Source: Bacteroidales bacterium (lineage in GTDB: Bacteria > Bacteroidota > Bacteroidia > Bacteroidales > P3). Taken from it: a stretch of DNA of 27,284 nucleotides. Both the position numbers and the translations under genes were made by a program. A model generated the notes under the pieces. It was not told where the DNA came from, ran no database searches, and saw only the letters and a list, made by a program, of their open reading frames with translations. The stretch spans positions 1 to 27,284 of the forward strand of contig JABUUQ010000001.1 of assembly GCA_021443125.1 (NCBI GenBank), written 5' to 3'. Positions 25,785-27,284 of this stretch are shown here, in pieces (position 1 is the stretch's first letter; the number at the start of each line of letters is the position of its first letter).

Positions 25785-26294
25785 ATGAAAAAATTATTAA
25801 GACCATTATTTGTTGGGTTTTTATTGATTTTAGGAGGGTGTGGCGGAGAAAAAAATCAAATTCCAAAACAATATCTGGGAAAATATAAAGCTGTAAGTGC
25901 TACTGCCAAAATAACTGAAAAAGGAAATATAATAGATGATGGTACTATAGAAGGTTTTGCAACTTTGGCTAAAAAAGGAGATAGGTATATTTTAAAAATA
26001 GAAAGAAATGATAATGAAGTTGTTGAAACAGATGATGTAATAGGTAAAATAGTGAAAGAGAGAGCAAGTGCTAATATAGAGTTAAATGCTAAATTAGAAA
26101 CAATAAAAGGAAAAGCAGGAGAGTTTCAAGAATTTTATGTAGCAAATTTTTGGGATACAAAAATGACAGGCGATGAAAATAAACAGGCTACAAGTCTTTG
26201 GCAAGTATTAAGAATTGAAAAAGAACTTATTTTCACAAAAGAAAATAATAGATATGTATTAACTATTGCTGGATTTAGGTTTATAAAGGAATAA
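25785..26294 (+). CDS. Lipoprotein, unknown function
   Basis: Signal peptide with lipobox LGG-C (Cys19); RBS AGGAGG. Confidence 0.8.
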   Translation: MKKLLRPLFVGFLLILGGCGGEKNQIPKQYLGKYKAVSATAKITEKGNIIDDGTIEGFATLAKKGDRYILKIERNDNEVVETDDVIGKIVKERASANIELNAKLETIKGKAGEFQEFYVANFWDTKMTGDENKQATSLWQVLRIEKELIFTKENNRYVLTIAGFRFIKE

Positions 26295-26300
26295 AAAAAC

Positions 26301-26321
26301 TGTATTACACTTTGTAATACA
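26301..26321. promoter_or_regulatory. TGTAWTACA-N3-TGTAATACA element, copy 4
   Basis: TGTATTACA-CTT-TGTAATACA; 6 bp after the stop at 26294. Confidence 0.8.
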
Positions 26322-26347
26322 AAAAGGAAGAGTGAAAGAGAGGACTT

Positions 26348-26500
26348 ATGTTAAGAGCATTATTCTGTATTTGTTTTGGAGTATTATTTTTTATTTTTGA
26401 TAAAAAGATAAGAAGTAAATCTGTCAAAAATATTTTTCAACTTATAGGTTTTCTCTATATTGTTGCTGGGATATTTGGCTTAATATATGGTACAAAATAA
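26348..26500 (+). CDS. Unannotated 50-aa two-helix membrane protein
   Basis: Manual translation: MLRALFCICFGVLFFIFDKKIRSKSVKNIFQLIGFLYIVAGIFGLIYGTK*. RBS GAGAGG; bounded by element copies 4 and 5. Confidence 0.68.
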   Translation: MLRALFCICFGVLFFIFDKKIRSKSVKNIFQLIGFLYIVAGIFGLIYGTK

Positions 26501-26502
26501 AC

Positions 26503-26523
26503 TGTATTACAACTTGTAATACA
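26503..26523. promoter_or_regulatory. TGTAWTACA-N3-TGTAATACA element, copy 5
   Basis: TGTATTACA-ACT-TGTAATACA; 2 bp after the stop at 26500. Confidence 0.8.
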
Positions 26524-26542
26524 AAAAAATAAGGAGGAAAAA

Positions 26543-26821
26543 ATGACTAAAAAAGAATTTATTGAGTTGTATTTTACAAAAGGAGGATTTACTACAAAAG
26601 CAGACGCAGAAAGAAAAGCAATAGCTTTTTTAGATGTTATTGAAGAAGGGCTATTAAAAGGAGAAGATATCACTTTTTTAGGTTTTGGAAAATTTGAAGT
26701 TGCTGATCGTTCAGCAAGAGAAACTAGAAATCCACAAACTGGGGAAAAAATGCAAGTTCCAGCGAAAAAGGTTGTAAAATTTAAAGCTGGTAAAGCTTTA
26801 GCGGAAAAAGTTAATAAATAG
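26543..26821 (+). CDS. hup: HU-family DNA-binding protein
   Basis: MTKKEFI..., GEDITFLGFGKFEV..R..R..RNPQTGE...PAKKVVKFKAGKAL. Confidence 0.95.
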   Translation: MTKKEFIELYFTKGGFTTKADAERKAIAFLDVIEEGLLKGEDITFLGFGKFEVADRSARETRNPQTGEKMQVPAKKVVKFKAGKALAEKVNK

Positions 26822-26830
26822 TAAAATAAT

Positions 26831-26851
26831 TGTAATACAAGTTGTAATATA
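26831..26851. promoter_or_regulatory. TGTAWTACA element, copy 6 (direct-repeat variant)
   Basis: TGTAATACA-AGT-TGTAATATA; 9 bp after the hup stop. Confidence 0.7.
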
Positions 26852-26883
26852 ACAATAGGTATCTAGCATTAAAGAGGTGAATT

Positions 26884-27093
26884 ATGAAACAATTTGAAAT
26901 TTATCAAACTGAAGAAAGAGGTATTCCAGATTATTTAGATGGAACTGATAGTGAAAGTTTAAAAGAAACTGTATTTTTTTCAACATTAGGAGAAGCGAAA
27001 GATTATGCACGAGAAAAATATGGGGATTGTATTGTTAGATGGATACGAAAAGATGGACAGATGGGATATGCTGATTATGAAGTGAGAAAATAA
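26884..27093 (+). CDS. Hypothetical protein (69 aa)
   Basis: RBS GAGGTG; bounded by element copies 6 and 7. Confidence 0.72.
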   Translation: MKQFEIYQTEERGIPDYLDGTDSESLKETVFFSTLGEAKDYAREKYGDCIVRWIRKDGQMGYADYEVRK

Positions 27094-27102
27094 TAAATTA
27101 AA

Positions 27103-27123
27103 TGTAATACAAGTTGTAATACA
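27103..27123. promoter_or_regulatory. TGTAWTACA element, copy 7 (direct-repeat variant)
   Basis: TGTAATACA-AGT-TGTAATACA; 9 bp after the stop at 27093. Confidence 0.75.
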
Positions 27124-27136
27124 CAATGTATAATAG

Positions 27137-27163
27137 AAAGGGATATGTTTACATATCCCTTTT
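27137..27163. terminator. Bidirectional intrinsic terminator
   Basis: AAAGGGATATG-TTTA-CATATCCCTTT between convergent genes. Confidence 0.78.
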
Positions 27164-27170
27164 ATAGTCA

Positions 27171-27284
27171 TTATTTATTAATATTTTTTATTAGATAAGT
27201 AGATATTAGATTTTCTAATTTCTGATTTAATTCTAAAATATTATCTCTAAATTTTAAATGTTTTATAGCATAGTCTAAGCCTTG
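27171..27284 (-). CDS. 3' end of a convergent gene entering from the right edge
   Basis: Open frame QGLDYAIKHLKFRDNILELNQKLENLISTYLIKNINK* stopping 8 bp before the terminator; product not identifiable. Confidence 0.4.
   Translation of the reverse strand, partial: QGLDYAIKHLKFRDNILELNQKLENLISTYLIKNINK

Noticed and set aside
20841-27171. Minus-strand ORFs 20841, 23302, 25022, 26455 and 26986
   Set aside because: Antisense shadows of mobA, rep, hup and orf69.
1-27284. Possibility that the window is a whole circular plasmid
   Set aside because: Joining the ends gives the recombinase frame ...EKE-D-K-A-stop, without the HxxR/Tyr motifs, so the ends are not contiguous.

Overview
A very AT-rich, diderm-type conjugative plasmid backbone. 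The host is probably Fusobacteriota, inferred from the HU sequence, the low GC and an autotransporter-like beta-barrel. Left to right: a truncated tyrosine recombinase with an upstream loxP-like inverted-repeat site; a predicted ~140-nt structured ncRNA under a consensus promoter directly behind a stand-alone PBECR3-like (BECR-fold) nuclease gene; small HTH and hypothetical genes; ardC; and an operon for a membrane-anchored XRE protein, an outer-membrane beta-barrel and topoisomerase III. Next is a rearranged P-type (Trb) T4SS operon (trbC-F-G-I-traG-orf-trbB-orf-trbD-E-J-L-traF), whose promoter has an A15 tract between -35 and -10. Then come a variant MOBQ oriT, a MobA/MobL relaxase, a TraD-like accessory protein, an iteron origin and a Rep_3 initiator, followed by a lipoprotein, a small membrane protein, HU and a hypothetical gene. 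A TGTAWTACA-N3-TGTAATACA element occurs 7 times, 6 of them 2-9 bp after a stop codon. The best candidate for an undescribed system is the BECR nuclease plus downstream ncRNA pair, a possible RNA-antitoxin module. All family calls come from recognising motifs by eye; no database searches were run.
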